From the NCBI GenBank assembly GCA_964016885.1, contig OZ024746.1, positions 96,472,001-96,536,000 on the forward strand: 64,000 bases of DNA. The letters are read 5' to 3'. The notes under the pieces are model-generated. The model did not search any database and was not told the origin of the DNA. It saw only the letters and a program-made list of their open reading frames with translations. The number at the start of each line of letters is the position of its first letter. Within the stretch, counting starts at the first letter, position 1. Below, piece by piece: positions 43,223-56,548 of this stretch. The stretch comes from Eledone cirrhosa (lineage: Eukaryota). A program made the translations under genes and the position numbers.

Positions 43223-43443
43223 TTAACCCTTTAGCATTTTAACCAGCTGTATCTGGCCAGTATTCTCTCAGTCTGTTCAAACCGGCTGTAACCGGCTTCT
43301 CATACTTATGTTAAGGTATTATTCTCAAAATAAATATCAAAAGCTCATAGATTCGATATTATGTGAGATAATTATGTGAGGTATAACCTTTATCATGAAA
43401 ATATAATAGTATATATAGAGTAATGTAAATTCTAAAGGGTTAA
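43223..43443. mobile_element. piggyBac-like MITE copy (opposite orientation)
   Basis: TTAA-CCCTTTAGCATTT...AAATTCTAAAGGG-TTAA. Confidence 0.85.
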
Positions 43444-43937
43444 TTCACATATTTGTAATATAGTGGACAGATCATTGTGAAGTTTGCAGTAAACTAAAGA
43501 CTTCAATTATTAATGTGATGTAGTCATTGTGTTGTTTTGTACTTTACAAGAATGTTTTGCTAAAGAGGTTTCATATAATGTAGGACTTTTAGAGTTAATC
43601 TTATGAATACTTACATAATTTTGTCATGAACTACAAATAACCTTCTTTCTAGATTTTAATGGGTAGTAAAGATCAAAGTAGAGAATTGTTAGAGTAGTTA
43701 CAATATCGGATAAAGTGCCTTGTAGTTATTAATTCTGGCTCTCTACGCACTGAGTTCAAATCCCACTAAGGCTAATTTTTCCTTTCATCTCTTCAGAGTT
43801 GATAAATAAAGTATGAGTGGCTACTTACAGCCGGTTTGAACAGAAAGAGGTGAAAGAATTCTGGCCAGTTACGGCTGGTTTAAATGCTAAAGGGTTAAAT
43901 ATGGATCGATTCTCTCTTTCTTTATTCCATTCTCTTT

Positions 43938-44560
43938 CACTTCTTCTTCACCCACATATTCCTGAAAGGGTCATGGGGACAGAGTCCTCAAACACTCCCT
44001 CCAGCAGGTCCTGTCAGAAGCAAACATCTCCAACTGATCCAGTTGGATCCCCAAGAAAGACCAGCCAAGCTCATGGATGTTATCTTGCTTGGGGTCAACC
44101 CCTGGGTCTCCTGCCAGTTGGTTTTGCCTGTAAAATATGTCCAGCAATTCTTTCCTGAGACATTCTAACCACATACCCATAGAATTAGAGCTGTGATCTC
44201 TCAATTTGGAGAAGTAGCAACTCAACCTCGAGTGATTCTCTGATCTCCGAGCTATGCACTCTATCATATAACGTTACTGCAAGAACCTTTCGGAAGAACC
44301 CCATTTTAGCCACTTGTATTCGTGATTATATTCTTTCAGTCATTACCGAAGATTCATGACCATATAATAAGGGTTGGCACAAATACTGAATTGAAGATAG
44401 CGAGTTGGACTTTTACACCTACCTCCCTTCTTCTGACTGCTGAAGCCGGTGCATTACTGCACCAGTTCCTGCAATTCTTGCACATAATCCAGCCTCCAGC
44501 CTTCCATCACTCATGAACACGGCCCTGAGATACTTGAACTTCTCCATCTGTTTCAGTGGG
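43938..44560 (-). mobile_element. RTE-clade LINE 3' fragment
   Basis: Minus strand KQMEKFKYLR..IFNSVFVPTLIYGHES.VMTERI..RIQVAKMGFFR..; (GAA)n tail at ~43940. Confidence 0.85.
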
Positions 44561-44594
44561 ATTTATGAATTTTCTTCTAAAATGTCATAACCAT

Positions 44595-44841
44595 TTAACC
44601 CTTTAGCATTTAAACCGGCCATATCGGGCCAGAATTCTTTCGCCTTTTTCTGTTCAAACCGGCTGCTCATTCTGATGTTACAGTATTATTCTCAAAATAA
44701 ATAATATCAAAATCTTATAGATTCAATATTATGTGAAATAATTATGTGAGGTAAAGCCTTTACCGTGAAAATATAATAGTAATTATAGAGTAATGTAAAT
44801 GCTATAGTAATTATAGAGTAATGTAAATGCTAAAAGGTTAA
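44595..44841. mobile_element. piggyBac-like MITE copy with small terminal duplication
   Basis: TTAA-CCCTTTAGCATTTAAACC...GTAAATGCTAAAAGG-TTAA; partial copies also at ~43810-43898 and 46143-46351. Confidence 0.85.
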
Positions 44842-45137
44842 TGGTACTGTTTCATAAGAGTCTATTGTAATCTTTCACTAGTAATGTATAGCGATTGTTT
44901 GGATGGTCGAGGTAGTGAGTGAATTGTGTTGCGGTGTTGATTCGTTTGTTGCATGCGTGTTCACTTGTAGCTTGCTGTGTCGTGTGGTCACTGTTGTGTG
45001 ATACAGTGTGACCAGAGGTTGCATGTGTACAGGTAAGTGAGTAAGTGTTCATTAAGATGATGATGATATGATAGTTCCTTGATCACGCAGAAAATGAATA
45101 TATATAAATGAACCATGTTGACACCAAGCTGTTATAT

Positions 45138-45254
45138 TATTGTTATACTTTGGGAGGGTCATGTTGCCAATAAGAAACACACGCACCAGTTGCTTTCACT
45201 CCAATTTATTATAAATTAAATTATAAATTTAAGAAATTTATAAATTTCCAGTTG
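45138..45254 (-). mobile_element. solo 3' terminus of the Penelope-like element
   Basis: TGTTATACTTTGGGAGGGTCATGTTGCCAATAAGAAACACACGCA..TTTATAAATTTCC matches 12238-12345. Confidence 0.8.
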
Positions 45255-46775
45255 CTATATTATTAATTTATTGAAAATAACTCACGTTGGAGCTATACTA
45301 AAACTATACAGGGATTATGTACGTTATTTGTTTGTTTGTAAAAGTAGAATTAAATTGTATTTATCAAGAAAACTTTGTGAACTTCACTGTCTTAGTTAAG
45401 AGAGAGACAAAGAGATAGAGATTGAGTGAACGAGAGAGAGTAAGAGAAAGTAAGAGTCTGTAAGACCTGGAGAGAGAGTTATAGTCTGTAGACCCCAAGG
45501 GGTCTGTAGAAAGCAAATGTTTTTCACCATTACTCTATCAGGAAATGCTCCAAACTGCCTTTTTGCTTGGTCTAAGACAGGCTATTTATATCTGTCGCTT
45601 CCTCTGTCCCCTGCCTTGAGAACCACAGGGGTGACCTCGAGAGATCACCCACACATAGACTGGTTTACACCAGAAAGTCACCGTTAAATGTCACCCAGGG
45701 GTCTAGGTGTGGACAGGTTTCACTACAAATGCACATAAAGCCACCAACATGGGTATTTAGTGCCCCCTCCTGCCATTCATGCACCCTTTTTCTCACAAAT
45801 AAAATAATTTTAACTTATAGTTTGAACCTAGTTTTCGACACTTTTTGCTCCAACCACACAAAAGGATAAAAATCACTAAGCCAGCACTTTCTACACACAG
45901 TCCACAGTCACTGACGCCAAATCATGTGACAGATCATAACACCATACAACACTCTCTCCACTGTTTTTTGGATATTTCCACAATACTTCCACGTGACAAA
46001 GATGCTCAGTGATATATTTATTGATTGCAGGAAATTATTGTATATTTATTTATTTATACAAATTTGTATAAAACTTAGATCCATGAAGAGTTAGAAATGT
46101 ACTTCTATGATGTCTGTGCCCTGGATGGTTGCCTAGTTGGCCTTAACCCTTTAGTATTTAAACCAGCCATATCCGGCCAAAATTCTCTCACCTCTTTCTG
46201 TTCAAACCAGCTGCAACCGGCCACTCATACTGATGTTAAGGTATTGTTCTCAAAATAAATAACATCAAAGTCTCATAGATTCAATATTATGTGAGACATT
46301 ATGTGAGGTAAAGCCTTTACTGTGAAAATACAACAGTATATATAGAGTAATAATTGTTTCTACGTTTGGCACAAAGCCAGCAATTACCCAGTGCATTACA
46401 GGTACTTTATTTTATCGACCCCGTAAGGATGAAAGGCAAAGTTAACCTCAGCGGGATTTGAACTCAGAATGGCAAGCATGGCGTCCGGCCTTCTACCGAT
46501 ACTGCCAATGGTCCTGAATATTGTTTGTTGTTGTTTTTTGAAACAAATTTTCTTTTAATTGTAGATAAATTTTTTCAGTCAACTAAAACAGGATCCCTCC
46601 ACTGAACACCAGTTGCTAAAAATATATAAAAAGGAACAGACCCTGAGAAAAGACCTAATCAAAACCAGAGAGAACTCTTTTACATTAAAGAAAAGAAAAA
46701 AAATCAGAAATCTTGAGAACATTATCTTGAATACATTCAAAGTGAGACATGATTCTAAATTCACTGCCTGTAGAC

Positions 46776-47197
46776 CAGGGGTTCTCAAAGTGGGCCCTAC
46801 TGCCCCCTGGTGGGGCGTTAAGAAGGTCCAGGGGGCGCTGGGGCAGTAAAGATGATATAATATCATCATCATCATCATTTTACGTCCGCTTTTCCCTGCT
46901 TGCAAGGGTGGGACGGGTTTTATTCAGCACAGCATCTCTCCACTTGTCACGGTCCTTCGTCATCTCCACCGTGGGCTTCAGCAATCTGACGTATATTAAC
47001 TATCAAATAATACATATTATATTTAAATATAGCAAAATAAAAAATATATCATATTTATTTATACATAGTATAAATTATTTATTATATATTATTTATAATT
47101 TGCTTGTACGCTGGTCTTTCTGGAATAGGGTTGGGGCGCTTAGGGTATATTACGTGGCCGTGAGGGGGGCGGTGGCCAAAAAGTTTAAGAACCTCTG
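46776..47197. mobile_element. hAT (Charlie-like) MITE with nested RTE tail
   Basis: TIRs CAGGGGTTCTCAAA / TTTAAGAACCTCTG; 8-bp TSD CTGTAGAC / CTGTAGAT; (CAT)n-tailed insert ~46860-46990. Confidence 0.85.
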
Positions 47198-49653
47198 CTG
47201 TAGATGGTTAAGCACACTTCCGAGAGCTCATTCGTAAAGATGATACCAAAATTTAAAAGGTTGGATCAAGTCCGACCGAAATATAGAAAAATCTCAGAAA
47301 CCAACTTAATAACGGTTTCTAATTTAGGCACAAAGCCAACAATTTGGGGAGAGGGAAAATCAATTAAATCTATCTCAGTGCATTACTGGTACTCTATTTT
47401 ATCGACCCCGGAAGGATGAAAGGCAAAACGAACCTCGGCGGGATTCGACGTCAATCCACCGCCCTTAAACCAGCTTAATAATGGTTTCCGATTAAGGCAC
47501 ATGGCCAACAACTTTTGGGGAGGAGAAAGTCCATTAAATCCACCCAGTGCATTACTGGGACTTTATTTTATCGACCCCGGAAGGGTGAAAGGCAAAGCTA
47601 ACCTCGGCGGGTTTTTAACTCCAACCCACTACCCTTAAACCAGCTTAATCATGAGAAAGTTTATCAAATTCCTCTAAATTCTTTATTATTTTCAAAATGA
47701 TAGTCTTTCATTAAAAATATACTAACGACGGGGGTTAAAAAATTGACGTGCTCATTATTAAGAACAAAAAAAAACCCCAAAAGCCCAGAATTAACTCAAC
47801 TAAGCTCTATATTATTTATTACTGTATAGAAGAAAAAATGATATTGTAATTCTTACATACCCTGCAGAAAAAACAACTGCAATTAACGAATAACATTTAC
47901 AATGTTCCATTCATATGAAAAATTATTAACTAGCTGGACATAGAAGATAGAAGTTTGCCCGAGAAAAATACATATAAAACGTGTCTTTTGTGCATATGTG
48001 TGTGTGTTAGAAACGAGGATTTGTATAATATGTTAATGGAACAAACTGATTATAGAAATAATGATTATAGCGTGTAGCATGGAAAACGGAGAGAGAGAAC
48101 AGAGAAATAATGAAACGAAACGAAATAAATAAAAAACAACGATAGTGTGAGGGGGAGAGGTTGAACGAAAGAAAGAAAGAAATAATGAATAAAAAAGGTG
48201 AAATGTAAAAGAGAAAGAAGTAAAAGTATAATGGTTAAAGGAGAGTGAAAGGAATGACGACGAAATGAGAGGAGGCATAGAAGGTGGAGAAAGCCGGGAT
48301 GAGAGAAGGTGGAGCTACTAAGTTAAATGACAATAATATTAAAGTAGGAGGAGACGAATTGGTGAGGTAGGAGGAGAGAGAGAGGGTATCAGTGTAAAAT
48401 ATCAATAACAAAAGAGGGAAGAGGGGGGGGGGGGAGAAAGTAAGAGTCACACTATGAAGTCTTTGAAAAGTGAGCTGGCAACGTCAATCAAATGGAGTTA
48501 GCAAGCTGGAGGTAAGGAAAAGGGAGTGACCAAGAGGGGGAAAGTTGTGGAGGAACGTGTGGGTAAAAGTGAGAGATAATAGTTATATGGTAGTAGTAGG
48601 AGGAGGGAGATTCGGGTTGGTGTCTGGGGGAAGGGGGAAGTGAGAAATGACGGGGTAGTTAGTTTAGAGAAGAGAAAAATGAATTTATAGTAAGAGATAT
48701 TATAGGGTTTGGCGTGAAATTGTGATAGATATAGACACTGAAAGAGAAGATAAAGAGCGAGAGAGTAAGTAATGTAAGACATGAGAGGAGAAAGACAGAA
48801 AGTAACATAGCGGGAGGGGGAGAAAGAGTGGAGTGAAATGCACAACTACGTTGTAAGTCTAGTCGATGAGATGTAGTGAGAGATTGTTCACCGTGGAAGT
48901 AGCTATAGTGTCATTCATTTTAAGTAATGTGTGTATAGTGAGGAAGAGGAAATTTTTACTGCTATATACATACATAGCAAAGCTGTCTATATGTTTTAAC
49001 TGTATATATATATATATGTGTGTGTGTGTGCCGTTCTTTATACATACATGATAACATTAGATAATCAATATACTTTCATATCAAATTACTGTTCAGTACT
49101 TCTTTTATTTCTGTGTGTATATAAACATGTATACGTGTGTGTTGAAATGTATATAAATGTGTATACGTTGACGTCTGTGTTTAAATGTATAGAACAATAT
49201 TAGTATTTGTGTGTGTTTAAATGTATAGAACTATACATTCGTGTGTTTAAATGTAATAGAACAATATATATTCGTATGTCTTGCAAGTGTGTGTTTAAAT
49301 GTAATAGAACTATATATTCGTGTGTTTAAATGTAATAGAACAATATATTCGCGTGTTTAAATATGTATTGAATGTATATAATATGTATTCGTGTAAATAT
49401 ACCACGAAATATACTCGATTAGATGTCTTTTCTATTTTTACATAATCCTTATATATTTCGAGTAAAAAAACTGACCATGAACGAACGAGAGCATTTATAC
49501 ACCCGAATGAACAATGATCTACAAGATATTTAAAACAAAACTAATTCCTTTTTTTTTAAATATATTAGTTATTATTCAGTAATATGGTGTCAATTCTTGA
49601 GCTTTTCGGGTGAGTGTATATATTCTCGTAGTTATAATACAAATATATATATA

Positions 49654-49998
49654 TGATGGCTGCAACTCGATTTCGAGTAATGCTTTCGCTTGATACTTAA
49701 GCATGAGCAACACAGATGTGGTGTTTTAGTCCTGCTAGGGACTTGCACACCCTTCCACAGACGTTGCAACAATGGGGCCTCATACAGTAAGTGTTAAGGT
49801 CCTGTTTTGATGTACTTTCAAATGACGTTTCAGTCCACCAACAGAGGCACACTCCCCACAGAGATGCCATACAATGCACAGTTGACAGTGTCCCTGTGTA
49901 CGTGGCTTCCAAGGCCCGCCCCACTTAGACATAACCGGCCACATTCTTTACACAAATCAAACTCAAGGCCCTTACGAGCACACCGCTTCAGCTGTTCA
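49654..49998 (-). mobile_element. diverged RTE-like 3' end with two C2H2-like motifs
   Basis: CKECGRLCLSGAGLGSH and CNVCGRVCKSLAGLKHH; terminus CTCGAAATCGAGTTGCAGCCATCA-(TA)n like 8961 and 63777. Confidence 0.7.
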
Positions 49999-50172
49999 TA
50001 TATATATACCCGATTCACGAGGAAAATATTTTTGCATATTAAGACATAAACTACTGTAAAAGTGTTAATCATTTTAGGATAGAATTTGGAAATGCTACAC
50101 TTGTTCACACTGATATTGAAATAATGTCGAGAGATCGTTGATATATAATAGTGGATCTGTGTTATATATATA

Positions 50173-50371
50173 TAATAGGAGAAAGTATGACCCCGACGGC
50201 AGAGCTCAAGCCGTTTCGACGGCTATTTCTGAGTCCAGAAATAACCGTCGAAACGGCTTGAGCTCTGCCGTCGGGGTCATACTTTTTCGTATTACCCACT
50301 CTACTACCCTAAGTATTGAGTACTCTGGTGCGTTATGGTCCATCTGGTTCCTTACCACAACTACTTCGTTA
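50173..50371 (+). mobile_element. hairpin element copy 3
   Basis: Same arms and tail as 18239 and 22411; apex TTCTGAGTCCAGAA; flanked by (TA)n. Confidence 0.85.
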
Positions 50372-50769
50372 TATATATATATATATTATACACACACATA
50401 TATATGTGTGTGTATATGTATATATAGATATAAATGGCACTCCGTCGGTTACGACGATGCATCTTCCAGTTGATACGATCATGTTTGCGTGCATGTGGCT
50501 GGGCATTTCACAGACACGCGTAACCTTGACGTAGTTCTCAGGGAGATTCAGCGTGACACATAATGTGACAAGGCTGGTCCTTTGAATTACAGATAAACAA
50601 CGTGAAATAAAGTGAAATAAACTCAAAAACTTACGATTGTGAGTCAAATACCCTTACTACAAATCCACGTGCCTTCACTCATATATATATATATAATGAG
50701 CCCCGGGTTCAATCGGGGGTAACCACAGTAAGGTACTGAATGCATTAGTAGAGTGTAAATATCGTGTAT

Positions 50770-50891
50770 AATATAGAAATGGCTTCTACAGGACTAAATC
50801 TTTTTCATTCAAAAGAAATCAACCAGGGAAGCTTTTCTAGTGATTTCTTTTAAATGAAATTGTTCTAGTCTTGTAAACCCATTTCTATATT
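50770..50891. repeat. imperfect palindrome centred on AAGCTT
   Basis: AATATAGAAATGG..TACAGGACTA..TTTCATTCAAAAGAAATCA / TGATTTCTTTTAAATGAAA..TAGTCTTGTA..CCATTTCTATATT. Confidence 0.8.
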
Positions 50892-50897
50892 CAACAT

Positions 50898-50928
<31 letters not shown>

Positions 50929-50930
50929 AA

Positions 50931-51135
50931 TCTTCTTCGCCCACTTATTCCTCAGAGGGTCGTGGGGGAAGATCCTCAAACACTCCTTCCAGAAGCAACC
51001 GTCTCCAACTGATCCAGCTGGATCCCCAAGCGTGACCAGACAAGTTCATGGATGTTATCCAACCATCTTGCTCGGCGTCTACCCCTGGCCCGTAAAATCT
51101 GTCCAGCGATTCTTTCCCGGGATATTCGAACCATA
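50931..51135 (-). mobile_element. RTE 3' end
   Basis: Same family as 1-283 (RRRARWLDNIHELVWSRLGI). Confidence 0.8.
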
Positions 51136-51894
51136 TGTTCATAGTATCGGAATACACACATTTAATGTCCAAGTGTTTGAGATATGAAACAATTTACTTT
51201 AGGTTCGTTTCTCTGTGTTCTCAATTCTATAACTTAATCGGAGAAGAGTTTACCAAGGTGTTTGAAGAAGTTACCTTTCATAAATTATCGTCATAATTCA
51301 TAAGTAAGCTTGTCTTGTTGGATGGCAACTACGGAGATCGGGACCTGACTAAATTAAATTCATACGGAGCCAACAGACTAAACATAACCATCCCACAGAG
51401 CGGAAACTTAATAGATATTTTCCATAATATGTATGTATGTATGGTCCCTTAATTCCTGACTGAACGTAGGGGCACCGCATTCACATATGTTTCTTAGGCA
51501 TTTTAAGCCTGGCAGAGCCCATCTCTTCTCTAGGCCTGAGTAGAGCAGATTTCTTCCAGAGGAAAATAGAAAGTGAGAGAGAGGAAATGAGAAAGAGATA
51601 TAGAGGAAGAATCGACCACTTGACTGGTACTTTTTTTTATTGACCTGGAAAAGATGAAAGGCAAAGTTGACCTCGGTGGGATTAGAACTCAGGGAGCTGA
51701 GAGCTGGAGGAATGAATATCATAAAGCATTCTATCCGACCTTCTAACGAATCTGCCAATTCGCCGCCTATTTTCCATAATAGAAAATTAATAAAGCGCCG
51801 AGTAAAATTCCTCGTGGTTAGTTGTGCTTTCTTAGAACCACTCAAATGCTAAAGTCGATTTAATTGATTTTCCTTCCTTCCTTTCAGGTTAGAG

Positions 51895-51962
51895 GTCCCT
51901 TAGCTCAATAGTTAGAAGACTTAGTCGGTATCTTGGAGATACGGGGTTCGATGCTTCGTAGC
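51895..51962 (+). other. tRNA-like Pol III head (SINE head or tRNA pseudogene)
   Basis: A-box-like TAGCTCAATAG and B-box-like GGTTCGATGC at tRNA spacing; acceptor stem does not close. Confidence 0.5.
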
Positions 51963-52557
51963 TGCCGCTGTCAACATCTTTTTCCGTCTCTAAGGGTCTT
52001 TACCAGATTTTTATAAGCTATTTTATAGTAACTGGCAGTAATGGCAGTTATTTTCTGTACTTGTGCATCCTACGTCTTCTATAAATTTATTTCCTCACCA
52101 CTTCGTGGGTTTGAAAGTTTGAGCTTCACACACGACATATATATATATATGATAATAATGGAGCTGCGGCGTTGCAAATGGGTTACATATGAAAAAGTAA
52201 GTCCTTCATCAGTGGCCTTCCAACCGTCCTAGGCATTTCATCGCTTTAAAGGCCATATACCTCAGGTTGGTGCGAGCAACGGCTAAAAAAAGTCGTTGGG
52301 ACACGTAAATAAAGGGGACGCTAGGGTAAACAAACAAAATGGTTTAAGCAACAGAAAGTGAGAAGAAAGAGACAAGTCCCAGATTTCTATGAATATAAAT
52401 TCGGTGAAATCATGAACGAGAGAATAAAGACCATCAAACCTGGTTGAAATGTGAGCAAGGAAGGAATTTCGCACAGGTCTAACGGGAGGAAGAAGGGGTC
52501 TGGTCTGCGAATTCGGTAAACATAAGTTCTGTGAAGTCGCAGACGAGAGAGAGAGAG

Positions 52558-52603
<46 letters not shown>

Positions 52604-52606
<3 letters not shown>

Positions 52607-52809
52607 GTAAAAGGTAAATAGAAATAGCAACACAATCGGTACAGTATATGAAAGGAATATATTAGGTTAACGCTTGATATAGCAGGAAGAGCGTCTTAAC
52701 GTTTCAGACGCTAGTCCTTCATCAGAAGAAAGAATGAGAAATAAGATAGATTGAGGGGACGGGCGGGGTGGAATTTGAAAAAATGTCTTTAGATAAAAAT
52801 AACAGGTCC
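52604..52809 (-). mobile_element. ~200-bp hammerhead-bearing element, copy 2
   Basis: Reverse complement of 19237-19431; (TA)n on both sides. Confidence 0.75.
52694..52729 (-). ncRNA. minimal hammerhead-like motif
   Basis: TCTT-CTGATGA-A-GGAC(TAGC)GTCT-GAAAC-GT-T-AAGA; palindromic stem III ACGT. Confidence 0.65.
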
Positions 52810-52810
52810 A

Positions 52811-52855
<45 letters not shown>

Positions 52856-53804
52856 AGTGTCTACGGTGCGAAGACCGGGAAGATCACAAATCAGGGAATC
52901 AGAGTAGGACTCAATGCATGATGAGATGCTGAGTTGATAGAGTGAAAAAATAGAATAACAACGGTGAGCAGAGCCTGTGAGAGGGGAGGGGTGCAGCCAC
53001 CACTTTGTTCCAGGGTCCAAGAGCTAAGAGGACCGCACAGCAACCATGCAACATCCATTTTGAGAAAAATCTTTGCCTGCTTCGGGCCCCAAAGGGATCT
53101 TGTACTGCCTTGCAAAATTTCTCTTGGTGGCCCTGGCGGTGAGTCCAGCCGTTTCAACTTCATTTCCACAACTCTCTCTCTCTCTCTCTCTCTCAGTAAG
53201 CTCGCAAGATGTCCCACGAAAATAAGGCAATCACTCGTTCCATGTGTTTCCTCAGTTTTTATCCGTCTTCAACCCAGTGTCTCAATGTTTAATTTGTGTG
53301 CAGCTCTGAGTTCTTTCGATTCACTACTGAAAGATCAGCTGTTTAATCTTGCTATAAGCTTATTAAAACGTCGTTGTGTTTGTTTTGCAACATTTATCAT
53401 CAAAAGATATATGGCGAGCGACGAAAAGCAAGTGTACTGCCCTCAGCAAGCTGAGATCACGTACTAGTTCGATCTCCAGTTGAAGATATTACCTTCATTT
53501 ACAGTGCCAAAACATATATCGAATAATTGTTTCTACTTTAGGCACAAGGTCAGCAATCTGGTACTTTATTTTATCAACCCCGTAAGGATGAAAGGCAAAG
53601 CTTAACCTCGGCGGGATTTGAACTCAGAACGTAAAGGGCCGTAACTCTATGTCGCAAATCATGGTGCCCGACACACTACCGATAATATTAAGAAAATATA
53701 ACAAGTTCCTGTTCACGGATATTTTGGTTTGATGGTTCTGTAGGAAATTAATATGTTTTACTTTAATGACCAACTGAGACTTGTAAAAATAAGAGTGTTG
53801 TTGT

Positions 53805-54113
53805 CAGGGCGAAATTTAATGGGGGGGGGGGGGCAAAGAGGGAAATTTCCCCGGGTCCCTGCAGTGGAGGGCCCCATCAGCGACGGACGTAGCAATTTAT
53901 TTGTGCCCTCAGCTGGGCTTTTTAGTTTTAGGATGGTTAGATTTTTTTAATTTAATAACCGTATGTATAACTTTTCAATTCCAATTACTTGTGTCAAGCT
54001 AACTTTGATATGTAAAATTGGGGGGTTTGATGTGTATGTTCATTTTTTTCTGTACGAAAGGTCCTCCCAAACCTGAAACGCCACGGGCCCTTCAAGGTCT
54101 AAATCTGGCTCTG
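53805..54113. mobile_element. hAT-like MITE
   Basis: TIRs CAGGGCGAAATTTA / TAAATCTGGCTCTG; imperfect 8-bp TSD GTTGTTGT / GCTGTTAT. Confidence 0.7.
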
Positions 54114-54556
54114 GCTGTTATTGTTGTTTAGCCCCTAACTTAGCCCTAATTGAGTAGGCCCATGGTAAAAGATATAAAGATATTCCAGTTGTGACTATTT
54201 TGTCTTTTTGCAAGCACTCAAGCCAGGTTCACACTTTCTAAGTCGTATTAAAACAAGCCAAAAATACTTGGCACACCTTTGTGCATAAAGTTAAACAATG
54301 CATTAAAACAAGATCTCTCTCTCTCTCTCTCTCTCTCTATATCTATATATATATATATATATATATAGTAATAATAATAAATTTGAAGACTAAAATCCAA
54401 AGAGGGCTCGATAAAGATAAATATATATCAAATATTATTTTAATAAATATATATATATATGTGTGTGTGTGTATATATACTTTACCCTATAAATCTTAAT
54501 GATAATCGAACTTATAGAAGTGTATCTATATATGTAACTGATTACCATATTACTGC

Positions 54557-56548
54557 ACCACATCACCACCACACCACATCACCACCACATCACCACACCA
54601 CCACACCACATCACCACCACACCACATCACCACCACCACACCACCACACCACACCACCACATCACCACCACATCACCACCACCACACCACCACACCACAC
54701 CACCACATCACCACCACATCACCACCACCACACCACCACACCACACCACCACATCACCACATCACATCACCACCACACCACCACACCACATCACGACCAC
54801 ACCACATCACCACCACACCACCACACCACATCACCACCACACCACATCACCACCACCACCACACCACATCACCACCACCACACCACCACACCACAACCAC
54901 CACCACCACCACCACACCACAACCACCACCACCACACCACACCACCACATCACCACCACACCACCACACCACCACACCACCACCACCACATTACCACCAC
55001 ACCACATCACGACACCACACCACATCACCACCACACCACCACACCACCACGCCACCACCACCACACCACATCACCACCACCACCACACCACCACCACACC
55101 AGCACATCACGACACCACACCACATCACCACCACACCACCACACCACCACACCACAACCACCACCACCACCACCACACCACCACACCACCACCACCACAC
55201 CACATCACCACCACCACCACACCACCACACCACCACCACCACACCACATCACCACCACACCACCACATCACCACCACCACCACACCACATCACCACCACA
55301 CCACATCACCACCACACCACCACACCACATCACCACACCACCACACCACATCACCACCACCACATCACCACCACCACACCACCACATCACCACCACACCA
55401 CCACCACACCACCACACCACACCACCACACCACACCACACCACATCACCACCACACCACACCACCACACCACCACACCACACCACCACATCACCACCACA
55501 CCACCACACCACCACACCACCACACCACATCACCACCACACCACATCACCACCACACCACATCACCACCACACCACATCACCACCACACCACCACACCAC
55601 CACACCACATCACCACCACACCACACCACCACACCACCATACCACCACACCACCACACCACACCACCACATCACCACCACACCACCACACCACCACACCA
55701 CATCACCACCACACCACCACACCACCACACCACACCACCACACCACCACACCACATCACCACCACACCACCACACCACCACATCACCACCACACCACCAC
55801 ACCACCACACCACATCACCACCACACTACCACACCACCACACCACATCACCACCACACTACCACACCACCACAGCACATCACCACCACACCACCACACCA
55901 CATCACATCACCACCACACCACCACCACACCACCACACCACACCACATCACCACCACCACACCACCACCACCACCACATCACCACACCACCACACCACCA
56001 CACCACATCACCACCACCACACAACCACCACCACAACTACCACATGACCACCACACAACCACCACCACCACACCACCATATCACCACCACCACATCACCA
56101 CCACACCACCACCACACCACACCACATCACCACCACCACACCACCACACCACAACCACCACCACCACCACCACCACCACCACCATCACCACTACTACCAC
56201 CACCACCACATCACCACACCACCACAACCAACACGACCACAACCAACACCACCACCACACCACCACAACCAACACCACCACCACCACATAACCAACACCA
56301 CCACCACATCATCACACTACACCATACCACCACCACCAACACCACCACCCAGCCAATCATCACCACCACCACACAACCACCAACACCACAACCAACACCA
56401 CCACCACCACATAACCAACACCACCACCACATCATCACACTACACCACACCACCATCCACCACCACCACCCAGCCAACCATCACCACCACCACCACCACA
56501 CAACCACCAACACCACACCACCACACCACCACATCACCACACAACCAA
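54557..56548. repeat. degenerate (CAC)/(CACAC) low-complexity array, ~2 kb
   Basis: Mixtures of CAC, CACAC and CAT units. Confidence 0.95.

Noticed and set aside
48030-48850. Purine-rich tract with short hydrophobic minus-strand ORFs
   Set aside because: Low-complexity compositional effect.
49697-50108. Host C2H2 zinc-finger gene exon
   Set aside because: Lacks TGEKP linkers, is frameshifted, and shares its terminus with dispersed RTE-like 3' ends.
51895-51970. Functional tRNA gene
   Set aside because: Acceptor and anticodon stems do not pair; kept only as SINE-like head.
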